Shown one piece after another: positions 45,605 through 59,366 of a DNA stretch of 64,000 nucleotides (positions are counted from its first letter, which is position 1; every line of letters begins with the position of its first letter). This DNA comes from Lytechinus pictus (Eukaryota). The stretch is taken from the NCBI RefSeq assembly GCF_037042905.1, contig NC_087263.1, forward strand, positions 13,952,001-14,016,000, read 5' to 3'. A program made the position numbers and the translations under genes. The notes under the pieces were generated by a model. That model did not search any database, had not been told where the DNA came from, and saw only the letters and a program-made list of their open reading frames with translations.

Positions 45605-45847
45605 CACTGCAAAAACTCCGGTGTTGATTTACCACCAGCCCGATAAATATATTATGACCACACAAGAGAAGTATTGAAACAACACCAGTTTGGAATCGAA
45701 CCGATGCTGTTTTAATACGAACTGGTGTTGGATAAACACATATCTGGTGCTAGACCAAAACGAATCTGGTGTTGTTTCATTGCGTCTCTGGTGTGGACAT
45801 AATACATTCCGGGCTGGTGGTAAATCAACACCGGAGTTTTTGCAGTG
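45605..45847. mobile_element. CACTGCAAAAAC fold-back MITE, copy 3, TA TSD
   Basis: TA-CACTGCAAAAACTCCGGTGTTGATTTACCACCAGCCCG ... CGGGCTGGTGGTAAATCAACACCGGAGTTTTTGCAGTG-TA. Confidence 0.92.
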
Positions 45848-46757
45848 TATTATAATGATTCTAGTCGCTCTAAAACACAAGTCTTTATTTTACTGGTGTT
45901 TTGTCAATTATGTCGCATTAACCTTAATTCATAATCATGCAAATTCAGTATAGTAGTGTCTGCACGTCTCAGTATTTTCTTATTTTTGCAAAGTGGAGCC
46001 CTTTTCCTATCTTCCTTATAGACGCCTTGAAGCTAAACTACTTTCAGACCAACTCGATCTCGATTTGGATGTGAGATCGATACAATTTTATGGGTCTTCG
46101 TCTCAAGTTCTCCTCCGCTTTCATATCGAGAACTCGAGCAGACCTCCACTCCATCGGTCGTCGCTCCAATATCGACTTTCATTGTGTCAACGAGTATCGT
46201 GGCCCACATACTTCACATTCTGAATCCCTGCCCACACTGGGATTCGTTACGAGGGAGTTGAGCCTTTATACCGTAGCTCGGCACTCTTCGGACACAGCCC
46301 GACATGCCCGAGAAGACATTCGGAGCGGCTCGGGGTTATTCGTAATCGTACAACCATGATAATTCGAATCGTGCCCCCCCCCCCTTCCCCTCCAAACTCG
46401 TTTCAAAGACTTATAACTCTTTTTCCTGGACTTGGTACTGATCACCTCGATTTACTAGCTAATTCCGTCGACTTGAGACGCGCCACCTCGACTTACCAGC
46501 TATAAGTCGAGGGCACGAGTTAGAAGTCAAGGAACGAGTTAGTAAATCGAGGGAACGAGTTAAGAAAAAAAAAACCGTCATGTCACCTTAAAGGCTCCAT
46601 ATGCGGTGGCACTACTAGGGTAAGAATAAAGCTGGAGTGGAAGTGCGTCCTTTACTTTGGCTGGCGAGATTGTACTCGCCCAAAATAAATGCCCAAACGG
46701 AAACACCAAAGCCTGGTCGCGTTATGGGACGATCCGTCTTCATAACATGAACGACCT

Positions 46758-46761
<4 letters not shown>

Positions 46762-46798
<37 letters not shown>

Positions 46799-46965
46799 AA
46801 GGGAGAGAGGGGCAGTCTTGGGTGACCAAATGCTGAACTTTAAGAGAGAGACAGGGAGGGGAGAGGGGGGGGGCAGTCCTGGGTTACCAAATGATGAACA
46901 GAGAGCAAGAGAGTGTGTGTGTGTGTGTGTGTGTATGTGTGTGAGAGAGAGAGAGAGAACGAGAG
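46762..46965. repeat. (GA)n / (GT)n microsatellite cluster
   Basis: Direct dinucleotide runs. Confidence 0.92.
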
Positions 46966-48161
46966 TGGGGGAGGTAGATGGAGAGAGATCGAATATGGCT
47001 AGGACGATGGTAAGCATTCGTGACGGGGAATACAATAGATGGATGAAGAGTTTCAGGAATGGGACAGATTAGTATACATAAAAAAAATATTTCACTTGAT
47101 TTGTCAAATACGATAAATTTTGGGAACTAACCGGATTGATTGAAAATGATCAGAAGAGTGGAGAAGTGAAAGCATGGATAGAGGGAGATTTGGAGTGGAT
47201 GAGATGGTAAGGTTTGATATATTAAAGTAATAAATCAAAAGAAATAGAAAAAGACCGAACGGTCAGTCACCTCGTCTTCGTAAAAAAATAAAATGTCTGT
47301 CGGCGACATCTGCTTTATTCTCCAAAGGGTTTGTGGCTGAAGTAATATCTGCCTAAATATAATACATATGGCAAACATGACAGAATTTGTTCAAGGCAAT
47401 ACACCTACTGACTACGAATTATCAAGAGCGACATATATGTAGCATGTATCTTAGGCCTACACTCTAGAATGGTAGTTGAATAATAATGTACCAATTATCG
47501 GGTTTATAATTAACAACGACGGTAAAATATTAAAATATTTGATGATGTACAGGAGCCCGCTTAAATAAATGTTCATCTTAATTACTTTTAGAGTGTAAAG
47601 TATTCAACGAACAGATAAGGCAGACGGCATACAATCAGTAGAAAATTACTTGTCTTCTTAACACACTAAATATTTCAAAGGAAAATTTTGTAGTAACCCC
47701 ACTTGTCTTTTCTCCATGAAATCGAATATATTTTTTTTTATTCGCGGACTGCCAATTATCATGATTATAGGCAATTATCAAGACGTCAACCTATTTCATT
47801 AGCAGTAGAAAAACACTTATGAGCAAACTAGAACAATGCGATATCGATCTACAGGATGTATAGAGAGAGTCAACATGTCAAGTAGGACAAAAGGTATGGA
47901 ATGAGAAACTCTTATTAAAGGGTGCACTACGAATTTAGTGAGAGGTTGAGGAAACAACGAAAAATAATCTTTGGATTCAATTTCTTTTCCTATATTCTTT
48001 TAAATAGTTTTCTTATATAATAAAGTGACCAGTGAAAAAAAAGAAACTACGGAATAATTTACTGCCCTTTAATTTTCTCTCCATGTAGCTTTTAAGTGAC
48101 TTCTTAAAAACCTATGTGACCACTGAAAAAAAAAAGAATCATCGGAACATTTAACAGCAAT

Positions 48162-48370
48162 GGCGGTGCAATGGTGTAGTAGTTCTGAGACCAGTTGCTT
48201 AATTAGAGGGTCATGTGTTCAAGTCCCATTCAAAGCATTAATTTCCTTCAGAAATGAATTCATCCATATTGTGCTGCACTCAACCCAGGTGAGGTAGACG
48301 GAGACCTGTCAGGACTTGCTAGTAGTGATGTGAGCGTAACAGATGCTCTTCTAAAACTAGGGCAATTACG
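48162..48370 (+). mobile_element. Diverged tRNA-derived SINE
   Basis: TGGTGTAGTAG, TGTTCAAGTCCC, core TGCTGCACTCAACCCAGGTGAGG; related to the 48967-49190 copy. Confidence 0.65.
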
Positions 48371-48966
48371 CTGCATTTTCTTATTGTTGTGGAACACTTC
48401 GTGGCTTCTGATAGAGTAAGTGATAAAGTTTTATGCAAGTTTAAGCAGGATGGTAAATATGAACAATATCATTATTATTTCTCTTGATATAACTTTTAGT
48501 TCCTCAAAAAGACTTTAGTGAGCAATGAAAGAAAAACACATAACATGTCGCTGTGGTTATACACTTTCTGTATAATATATTGTTTAAAAAGAAGTAACCA
48601 TATACAGTTGGTAGGGGAATTGAAAACAACAATTTTATTGCGGTTTCATTTCCAACTTATATCGTGGAAGTGGTGAAACACAAAGAGTGACATCCACCCC
48701 ATCTCCGTTACTTCCCAGTCACGGCTGTGTGCGTGGACAAGGGTACTTCTACATCTTGAGAAGATATTGAACACCATTCAAATGCTCTGGAATTGCTGGT
48801 GAGTGGTATCTGTATCGATGCATTAGGGAATCGTTTTTTTGTGTAGGTATAGTTTGGGGTATTTTGATAGCAATATTGTCTTCAGGGATGTATTCTGGAT
48901 TGGAATATAATATTAATATAATAATATAGGATGTGTATAGCGCACGCATCCACCTTTCTAGATGCG

Positions 48967-49190
48967 CCAGGCGCTCCTGTCTTACCCTGGCTAAGCTAGT
49001 CTACCGATTCCGGTGCGCACAGCTTTTTTTAGTAACTACTTCCTGCCGGAACCCATTTGCCTCACACGGGTTGCGTGCATCACAATGTGGATAAATTTCT
49101 TGCTGAAGGAAAACATGCCATGATTTGGAATCGAACCTACGTCCTTCAGATTGAAAGACGGGAGTCTTAACCACTAGACCACGACGCCCC
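48967..49190 (-). mobile_element. tRNA-derived SINE
   Basis: Minus strand GGGGCGTCGTGGTCTAGTGGTTAAGAC...GGTTCGATTCC, then CAACCCGTGTGAGGCAAATGGGTTCCGGCAGG. Confidence 0.8.
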
Positions 49191-49559
49191 CATGACAAGC
49201 GAACATGTAAAAAACTCCCTGCAATGCACAAAAAGAATCACAGTGACTGCTTATTTCAATTTCTAAAGTCTCTGAATTGTTATATTTGTTTTAATGGTAC
49301 TTTGAATCATCTAGAGAATGAAACCATCCTGTATTGCACTGAAAAATCAGCATTATGTTAAAACCGAACAGCCAGTCAATATACCAATTGAAAAATCATG
49401 ACATTAAAAGGATATTTAATCGTTTCAAATTCAAAAAAAAAAAACGGTCAAATAGTTTTTTTGGGTCATCTAATAGCCAATCCATGTGACGTGTTCACAT
49501 GTTTCCTGTTCATTTTGTTTTTCCTGTCCTCTCCATTCCCTCTTCCCTCTCCATTTCCG

Positions 49560-49726
49560 TTGCCTTCTTTTTCTTCTTCTTCTAATTCCTCTCTTCCTCC
49601 TCCTTCTTCTTCTCCTCCTCCTTCATCTTCTAATTCCTCTCCTCCTCCTTCTTCTTCATCTTCTAATTCCTCTCCTCCTCCTTCTTCTTATTCTTCTTCT
49701 GTTTCTTCTTCTCCTTCTTCTTCTTC
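49560..49726. repeat. (CTT)/(CCT) low-complexity tract
   Basis: Direct runs with TCTAATTCCTCT subunits. Confidence 0.9.
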
Positions 49727-50370
49727 AGTGCATTAATCATTGTATTCATAGTAATTGGCAATTTACAGTTATCAATATATTTTCATTAAGTCAGGCAGGC
49801 GTAAACCAGTACCACATCTAAATTCGTCAGAGAAATACACGAAGCAAGCTAGGTTGCATGTTTACATGGAGTTCAAACAACAGGAACATATTCCTGAGAT
49901 AACATTTTTCATATTTGGAAGCTCCTTGATATTTCAGACATCGCCAAGGGCTATGTATGTTTCCAAGAGACATGCATGAAAGATGTTTATTGAAGATTAT
50001 CGCTGGATCCAAGAAGCTCCTTGCTGGATCAGGGAACTTTATTTTCCCAATTGCCCCTGCTTCGATGCACATTAATGCGCAATAGGAAGTAAGTCGGTTC
50101 CCACTGACCACCTTTCGCTGTTTTTATAGTGGACTTAAGACTGTCCAGACATGGGATAGTGGTTCTGTGTACACCCTTTGGAGTGTGTGATGAAGTGACA
50201 TTTCGACAGAAAACATGTAACCTGGCATACGCACTAACAAAAACGGTTTTGCACCATTCTAATGCAACACTTGGAGTTCATTTTAACATTTAGGTGCAAT
50301 TTGAAACTTAACATGACTTATCAGCGTACTTGGCTACACTTTGCACCCACCCATGTTAAATGGCGCAGAG

Positions 50371-50977
50371 TTAAAGGGATGCTCCGGGCTGAAAGTATTT
50401 ATAGGTAAATGAATAAGAGTAAAATTCACAGAGCAAAATGATAAAAATTTCATCAAAGTCTGATAATAAATAGCGAAGTTACTGAAGTTTAAAGTTTAGG
50501 AATGTATTGTGAAAACAGTTATATGCACGTCGTCATGAATATTCATTAGGTGAACTGATGATGTCACGTCCCTACTTCTCTTATTCTTATGTTATAATTT
50601 GAAATCATAATTGCTTCATTTTTTTCATACACGTGTGAATGATATGTCCCCCTTGTAATGAAATAAGTTGCAGCAATGAATATCCAATGCACTTAATAAG
50701 TTGTTATTCCAATTTCTTGAAGGAAAAAAATGAATAAAGCTTATTTCATGTAATAAAACACAAAAGAACAATTGGGGATATGACATCATTAGTTTGCTCA
50801 TTGAGTATTCATGAAGACATGCCTAGAACCGTTTCGCCGGAATAATGCAAATCTTTAAAATGCCTTAAATTTGTTATCCATTTTTCGATTTTGATTATTT
50901 TTTTCCAGTGTTTTGTTTGTCTGATTTTTCTTAATCTGTTCAAATCATATTATTTTCAGCCTGGAATACCCTTTTAA
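50371..50977. mobile_element. TTAA-flanked MITE (AGGGAT.CTCC.GGCTGAAA)
   Basis: TTAAAGGGATGCTCCGGGCTGAAA ... TTTCAGCCTGGAATACCCTTTTAA. Internal inverted arms CTGATGATGTCAC / ATGACATCATTAG. Confidence 0.8.
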
Positions 50978-51246
50978 ATATCATGTGAGTGTTGGCTTTT
51001 ACGCATTACTTTAACTCTTTCTGAAACACCCCTTGAAGTTAATGATAATTTCTAAAGATGTCAATTTTGAAGATTCGTCAGAAAGAATAACAAAAATACA
51101 CTTTTCACGAGCATGGGTACATTCTCCATATTTTAAAGGTGCAGTATTTTGGCTTCAGCATGTGAATGATTCCAATTTGAGGAAATCTACGTCTCAAAAT
51201 CCCCCAAATTATGGTCAACGGAGAGTTTGAACTTATATCATCTTAC

Positions 51247-51353
51247 CTCGAATATCACTGAAGCATGATTAACTAATCCTCCTGGAGGTTATCCGATTGT
51301 ATACCTAAGTATCTCCTATTTAGAGAGGATAAAGTTTATTTTCCCCGGATTGC
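51247..51353 (-). other. Candidate non-coding spliced exon (5'UTR or lncRNA)
   Basis: Long polypyrimidine tract TTTCTTCTTTCTTTTCCAG| and GAG|GTAAGA donor. Stops in all three frames. Confidence 0.4.
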
Positions 51354-52571
51354 CTGGAAAAGAAAGAAGAAAAGAAAAGATTCAATTGATCAATCAAGCT
51401 ATTAAATACCGAGGAAATGCATAATGGGTTTGGGTAAACAGATAAAACATACTATAGCAGGGCAATAGTTAGACATCTGATCTTTATCAACATATATTTG
51501 GATATTCGTGGTTTATCTTGTTTAAAACATCCGATAAAAATATACATATTGCAGCCAAGGGAGGATACAGAAGTGTATACAATTTACATACATTAATATA
51601 TAAAAATAGAAAATACACTTACATAAAACGTATTGACTTACAACATATCACCATAATTAGTGGACTGGTCAGAAAGTAATTGCTAGTTAAAGTGTTTATT
51701 GATTCCAAAAGTTTAAGACTTCAACCAAATACATTCGTGGGGACGAACATTTATATCGGAGATATGAGTAATGTGAAATTGAATGGCTCAAACACAATTA
51801 TTCAATGAATTATAATAATAATAACAATATATAGCATTTATGAGGCGCCGATTTATCTAGTTGCCTATTCAATGGCGCACTAAATATTACCTCGGCTGTA
51901 GCTCCAGCTGCTAATTATGCAATAATTCAATTGCAACAGTGATTGATAATGAATTTCAAATATATAGCTTGGTATTTGCAATAAAATATGATTAATGGAT
52001 GAATTAAAAATGTTAAATCATTAAAATATATCACAACTCTGGATTTTCCTTTAAAAAAACAATATATTATCATATAAAATTATGGCAGTGTGTGTAATTA
52101 TTTTCTTTCATTATTGAAATATCTTATTACACAAATGATCCCTGATCATATGGTTCAAATGGACCCATGTTATATATAGATAATGTATTTTTAGATTGAC
52201 CTGGCATGGGAATTGCCATAATTGTGGTGATTGTTCATCATAGAAATACTGATTTACTGATAACATGGATTAAGGAGTGGTCTATCATACTATACAATAA
52301 TGGAATGATATTTACTTCCCGTCATTAATCACATCTGTACAATTTATGTTTCAACATCCCTGTCCGCTTGTACTGGTCAAGTATCGGTTAAAAACAAATG
52401 TATAACTTTAGAAAACGTTTGCCAAAATACAACTCTTTGTTTCCGTCAAAACAAAGCGAAATGGGACATTTGCCCAATTTATAAAACATAAACATTTCGA
52501 ACTGTAGAAAAGGGAGCAAAATGAAAAAAAAATTGTATATTCCTTATTGGTGTGTTATGAGATATGATAAA

Positions 52572-53387
52572 AGCTGGAGAGAACATAGCGTCACACAGTG
52601 TGTCCCATGGAAGTGTGAACACAGTGTGGTTACCTTGTAGAACGTAATGTGAATTTACCTCCACACTGTTACTTTCAAGCAGTTCAATAGTGTAAATAAA
52701 AAATAGCAATATTAGTAACAATAATAATAACAATGATAATAATAACGATAATAATAACAATGATATTAATAACCAGTCCTTAGTTGACCATATCACAGTG
52801 TTTACCAACGATAAGCATCAAATTACAGTACAAATGCATATCTACCATGTCTACAAAAGTTTCTCAAATTGATCAGTAGAGTTTGATGATTTAATGTAAA
52901 TCACATTCCAAAGTTATCTTCACATTATTGTTACATTTAAGCATTTTTTATAGTGTGAATCATGTCCTCAGATAGTCCCCAGTGTTGAGACACTGTACGC
53001 GCTCACACTGTCGAAATGTCCAGTGTCGAAATTTCTCCACACTGATCCTATCATAGCCTAGTCTGCTGTGCAAACCCTTCACTCGAGTTAAGGGTCTGAA
53101 TGTGCTGCCTACCAATGCCTTGTGCAGTGAAGGGCCCTGGATTGAAACAGCAAGTTTTGTATGTGCTGGTCTTTGCGTGGAGACACACTGTCTTGTTGAT
53201 CAAAGTTACGATCAGGGCCTGCGCCTGTAGACTAATCATAGCCCGCCGCTGTGAGCACACTGTGAACGCACACTGACGCAGTGTCCACAATGTATTTTAA
53301 CATTGTGATTCACCTCCTATCATGGTCCATACTGTGAACACACTGTGAACACAATGTGTGACACTGAGTTCGATCTTACCAGTAGGG
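52572..53387. mobile_element. CACAGTGTG-family element carrying a nested insertion
   Basis: GCTGGAGAGAACA ... GATCTTACCAGTAGGG. Confidence 0.6.
53059..53234. mobile_element. 176-bp Academ-like non-autonomous element with 9-bp TSD
   Basis: ATCATAGCC-TAGTCTGCTG ... CTGTAGACTA-ATCATAGCC. Confidence 0.8.
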
Positions 53388-56300
53388 AAACCAATGTAGT
53401 ATTTCATTTACCTAGTTTACCTAGTTGACCCTCTACCTTACTTAGCAGACGTAAAGCCCTACACTTGATTCTTGGTAATGTCGTTTTGATCTGAAAAAAA
53501 TTATTTCTGTAAATTAGATTAAATATGGTGTAAGAGGTAAGGTTTCTTCTTGCTGCAGTTATGATTGTCACATGCCTATAGCCATTATCGCATTCGGATA
53601 AGGAAGGCGGATTGCAAGGTCACAACCAGCGAATTCGGCAGCGATCTCTAACAATTTTTACCTACACGACACCATAGTCACGCACTCGGTCACCCTCATC
53701 TTCACCCACTCACACCTCTATCGTGCCTATTCTTCCAGGCTCCACTGCGCCTTGTCCATACACCGTGTAGATGTTTCTGTGTATCAGGAGTACATAGCTA
53801 GGGAGGCGTTCTGAGTTAAATAGTGAAGGTTTGATAACATATGTCAACGTTAGGCATACAGTTAGGCCTACATGAATTTTTACAATTTTATTTTGTGACG
53901 ACATAATGATTACACGAGCAACTCCCCCAGATATATAACAAGACATAGAGATTAACTGCTCGTCTATGACGTCACAGAATTAAAACTTTACAAAAACGTA
54001 ACTTCATTATTCTTTGACGGATTTCATCAAGCCTTCACTTATATTTCTCTCTATTTTCATGCCTTATAAAAACCAATGTATCCACAATAAAGATGAAGTT
54101 CCCCTTCAATTATCCAACACTGAGAAGTAATGTGCAACTCTATTATTGTCATTTATTTCTTGTCGCCCTCTCAAAATAATAAAAACCCTTACTTCTACGA
54201 CATTTAGTACCAGGTTAATTCCGAATTGTTATGTTCAGGGGATGTAATCTCTGCGTCTCTGTCTCGGTTGATGTATTTGGTCATGTTTACAACCCTGATG
54301 TTTTGATCAAAATGTGGGCGAGAAAAGCCCGATTTTAGCCCAATGAGTGGGTAGCCCTCGCGTCATTTCCCCTATCGATTTCCTTTCGTCCATTGCTAAA
54401 GGTTACTTAGCCTTCTCCATGCACGACTTTGTATCTTTCTTAACCCATTGCCTACTGGAACCTGGCGATCCCTGTACAAAGTCTATGGGAATGACAGAAT
54501 TCAGTATTCAACAGGTTAATATGTTCTCCTCCTCAAACGACCTGGAGAAGGAATAATCTTTCAAAGATCCCCCCTGTCATGCTTGCTTAGGGAAATTGTC
54601 AATATTATACACACGAGAGCGCCTATTGATTGATTGACCGCATTTATTATTTTTAATTCCAAAATTCAACAAAAGTTACAATGTGAGGCAAAACACACAA
54701 AAAAATAAAATACAGAAATTACAAAAGTCTGCCTATTCATCTAGGCAGCTAGGAGTTTTCCAGGATTTACCAAGGGAGGGGTGGCACTTAAAAAAACTGA
54801 CAAGCAAAATTATAAGTTGTCACCACTGTGAAAATAATCTTGAGATAAAAAAATATATTCTCAAGGGGGGGAGGTGTGAGAGAGAGAAAGAAAGATACAT
54901 GGATAGATAGATAGATAAATAGAGGGGAGGGGTGCACGTATGTGAGTGCGTAGATGTGAGTGTCTTTTAAACCCATTGAATTAACACTGTATTTTATATT
55001 GTACAGGTTAATGATTCTCCAATCTCTTTAAAAAGTCTACATGATCCTGATTAAAAAAAACAAGCCTTCCGGAAGACTTCCGACACGGTCAAGCGACGAG
55101 ATGGAGACCACTATACCATAAGTCTAGACTGCATTATATGTAAAAGTAAATAGGCATTATCGTCGAGACGATCCGACATTAATTATGTATCTTTGAAAAT
55201 GTTTTATATTTCAAATGTGAGTAACACGCGTTTTAATGAGTATTTTCGCCTTTTAATCCTCACAAATTGTCCTCCTTCGTTTTATATTTCCTTCTAGACA
55301 TACACTTCCATTTATGCTTCATTGTTTTATCATGTTACATAGTAATTTTTTTTCTAAAACAAAATAAAATGATGTTACATAGTATAAAAAATTAATGTAG
55401 TAAATTAACAATGCTTAAAAAACAATTCATCAAGACTATTTCGAGAGAAACTATTCCTTCATATTCTTTTTAATTCCTGAGATATTTTTAATACGGCTAA
55501 TGTTACCCTCCGAGGGACATGGCAATGAGGGTATGCCTACAAGGCATACCAAAGCAATCGTGTACCAACTGGAAATCGAACCCAGGACTACTGGATTGCA
55601 AGAACCCCCCCCCCCCCCCCACCTCCCCTCTACAGAATGAGCTAGAACGCTATTTAGTCGTGTCCTAGAGACCTAAACCAATTCTTAAATAAAGTAAGAT
55701 ATCAGAGAGGTAATTGGCATATTGGACACTTTGCAGAATTTCAAATTAAGTTTCCCCCGTTTTTACTGCAATCCATATGCAAACCCGAGGACATGATATT
55801 TCTTTTCCCAACACAGGAAGCCAAGTATCTCCGAAGACTGCCGATTGCTGATACAACGTGACCAACGGTGACATGAATTCTCCTCGGCTGAGATGACCGA
55901 CTGAGCTATCATGATATTTCACAGTTATGAGTTAACCTTCAGAAGTTATGTTGGAAGACATTTTGGTTAGATTTCAACTCATTTTCCACCATTTCCCCTG
56001 CAAGCCATTTGAAAATGCTCGGATATTCCTTTTCCCAACACAGGAAGCCGAGCGTCTCCGAAGACTGCGGATGACGGATACAACTTCACGAGCGATGATG
56101 ACATGAGCTTCTTCTGGCTGACAAGACCGCGGGATATGCAGCTAAGGAAAGCGCCATAATCGTTACACCTTCATTACCAAGTCGAACTCTTGGGGAAACA
56201 AGTCTAGGCAATGATCGATCGGGTGACGGTGGCGGTATTCGTTGCCTTAAAGGCCACGTGCTCAGAGCCGAGGACACATGAACTATAATATAAATACAAA

Positions 56301-56880
56301 ATACAGGACGTATGGCTGCTGTGGTTTATATATGATGAAATAAGGGTAGTATTGATTTGCAGCACAGCTCCCTTCAGAATTAAACAGTCTGACATGCATC
56401 CATGTAGGCCTAAGTGCTAAATGGTGTTTCCGACCTGCCAAGACGAAGTTTGTCAAATTAAATACACATTATCTCCAGTTTCTATGGGGGGGGGGGGGTA
56501 GAATTTGCCGATCCTTATAGAAATTAGCAAAGTTTAGCAAAGATACATCTGTTGTTTTTCACTATAAAACTCGGGCATTTTTTGCCATCGGGATTATTCG
56601 AGAGTGTGATAATAATTCGTGGAATATGTTCTCAACGCGATCCCGGCTGAGCTATAACTTAGGCAACCGATGAAGGCGCTCAAAAATGTGTTAATGCGGA
56701 CCCCTTCCTGTCGGGTATCATTTTTCTCCCCTTGGGTCGAGTGCAGCAAGGTATGGATTCATTTCTTGAATTAAAGCCTCCCTTCTTGGATGGATACGTA
56801 CCCAAATATATTCGAATCCCCTTTGGAAAGTTAAGTGTCCTTCCATGGATTTGACGTGCATGTCCGAACCCCGAACCGAG

Positions 56881-57290
56881 CGGTTTATTTCCAATTCGTC
56901 TAATGCCAATTCGTCTAGTATCATTTGGTCTACCATCAGTTCGTCCACCCACCACATGGTCTACTTTCATTAAGTCTAATGCCATTCCGTTAAATAACCA
57001 GTTGGTATAATAGCAATCTAGTCCATACATCTTTTGGTCTAATGGGACTAAGTGTTAAATTGTGCAAAATGAATGTAATGAAAATGAAATTTGTATTTAC
57101 ACCAAATGGTTATGAGACGACATGGTCATAGACGAAATGGTAATTAGACGAAGTGATTATTGGACCAAATGGTTAATGGACCAAATGGTTGTTAGACGAA
57201 ATGTTGATGGACGGAATGGCATTAGACTAAATGTAGGTAGACCATGTGGTGAGTGGACGAGTTGGCAGTAGACGAAATGGCAATTTATCC
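56881..57290. mobile_element. Foldback-type MITE with ~15-bp subrepeats in both arms
   Basis: TTCGTCTA/TTGGTCTA arrays on the left mirrored by TAGACGAA/TGGACCAA arrays on the right. CCACATGGTCTAC pairs with GTAGACCATGTGG. Confidence 0.85.
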
Positions 57291-57694
57291 TCCTACCAAC
57301 CACGCAACTGCGATTCAGGATAATTGTCCACTTAGAAATAAGTTCAGTATTTTAGGGGACTGACATTTACCTTCGATGGCTTGACTGAAAATGCACGTCC
57401 CAGTGTCTTTAAAGGAACCTAATGTTATTGGTAAACTGGCTCATATTCTCATGCACCCCCGCGGGATGGTTAATGTATTTCGATAGAACAAGTGACAGGA
57501 ATTCGACAGGACTCTGCAGAAATATGATTTTATTTCCATATTGTGAGGGGCTCTCTTGTCAAACAGTTTGTATACAGAGGAGAATACCTGCAATATATAA
57601 CACAATATATAAAGTAAGTATGTAATAGCCAGATTACATGAGGTGATGACAAGTAACTGATGGGAGATGACGAGTTTAAACATAGTTTATTGTA

Positions 57695-57959
57695 CACTGT
57701 TTAAAAAAAACCTGATTCTACAGAAAAAATGAAGATTTTGCAGAAAGCAATAACAGAATCATTCTGTAAATTCATAAAACATGATTTTTTTCTGCAATTT
57801 AACAGAACAGGTCTGTTTAAAAAGGGAAAAAGGGTGTTTTATTTAAGGAAATTTGTAAGGTTCCATACACCAAATACCAATCTCCTGTAAGATTAGAGGT
57901 GTTCTCGAGACCCTGCTGCAGGAACTTTTTTTATTTTAAGGATACATTTTCTAACAGTG
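57695..57959. mobile_element. TA-flanked MITE (CACTGTT...AACAGTG)
   Basis: TA-CACTGTTTAAAAA ... TTTTCTAACAGTG-TA. Confidence 0.65.
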
Positions 57960-58769
57960 TACATGTAGCATGTCTTACCAATGCTTTCTTCACCTTCAGT
58001 TGTATTGAATCATTTATGTAAACAACACATTTAATTTGGAAATATTATCGACAGGCCATACCTGTAAAAAACTTCATTTAAGATAAATGAAACAATTTTG
58101 CTCTCGTTACTTCTATTTCGTAACGTAAAACTGACATTTTTGCTCCATTAGTTTCATATTGGACAGCCATCGTACTGTATACAACGACTACAGGCGGTAA
58201 TTGAATCTTACGATGTTAAAAGAAGCGGTATAAATCTCAATTCAAAATCGTTTACCTCAGTTAAGTTTTGACAGCTGAAATCCAAGTTGACAGAACATGC
58301 CCCTATGTTGTCAACACCAGAGAAATGAAATAAATCATTCCAATGTTTAGGAACCGTCATACCAACTATCACTCACTCCAAACCGACCGATTGTAATCCC
58401 ATTTGACATAACGTCATAGCTTTGATCGGTCTGGAGTTGGTTCAGTGGGTGTGACTGTAGCCTTAAACACAGGCATTTGCGTTATCCAATGCTCATAGGA
58501 GAGATCGAAACTGACATCGAAGCGATTGCGATTACAATCTGATCGCTTCAAACGTCATGCGTATTGAGCGATTAGAAAATATCGCTCCCGCGCTTTGGGC
58601 GATGTTCCCGCGCTTTGAGCGATGACAGGGCAAGTGATATGTTTTTGAAGTATTGCACATGCCAAAAGGGAGACATGGAATCTCGGAATTTCTGAGATGA
58701 TGGTTATTCCAAGAGTTGTTGGAACCTGTTGGTCATTGATCCCAGTCCTTGCTGCTATTAACGAAAAAA

Positions 58770-59366
58770 TGGAAAGAACAGAGTGTGTTTACAATGTGTT
58801 CACAGCGTGGAAAACAGTGTGTCAAACACACTGTTCACAGTGTGGAAAACATTGTCACACGCTGTGTTCAGTTCTGTGTTCACAGTGTGGAAAACAGAGT
58901 GACACGCTGTGTTCACAGCGTGGAAAACAGTGTGACACGCTGTGTTCACAGTGTGGAAACAGTGTCAAACACACTGTTCACAGTGTGGAAAACAGTAAAA
59001 CACACTGTGTTCACAGTGTGGAATCACATTCTCAAATTTAAATTTGAGCATTTTAACAGTACGAACCACATTTCACAGATACCACTATGTGAAGTTGTGA
59101 ACACACTGAACATTCACTCTGGAGACGTGTCCGCATTATCTTCACACTGATACATTCGAGCGTTTTAATAGTGCATGTGAAAAAAAAAATTATTGTCATC
59201 TCTGAGAAGACGCGTCCACAGTATGAACACTAACACTGTAGACGAGCCCACGCTGTGAAATCATTTTCACATGGTAAAAATAAGGAATTTAACCGTGTGA
59301 AGAAGATGTCCCAATCGAGTGCTATGTTAACGAAGACACTGTGTGAAACTTTGTTCTTTCCAGCGG
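58770..59366. mobile_element. CACAGTGTG-family element with ~33-bp internal tandem array
   Basis: TGGAAAGAACA ... TGTTCTTTCCAGCGG. Repeats of TGTGTTCACAG.GTGGAAAACAGTGTGACACGC. Confidence 0.7.

Noticed and set aside
48967..49190. tRNA genes at the SINE heads (33148, 38123, 48162, 49190, 62476)
   Set aside because: A/B boxes are present but there is no complete cloverleaf, and each continues into a SINE body.
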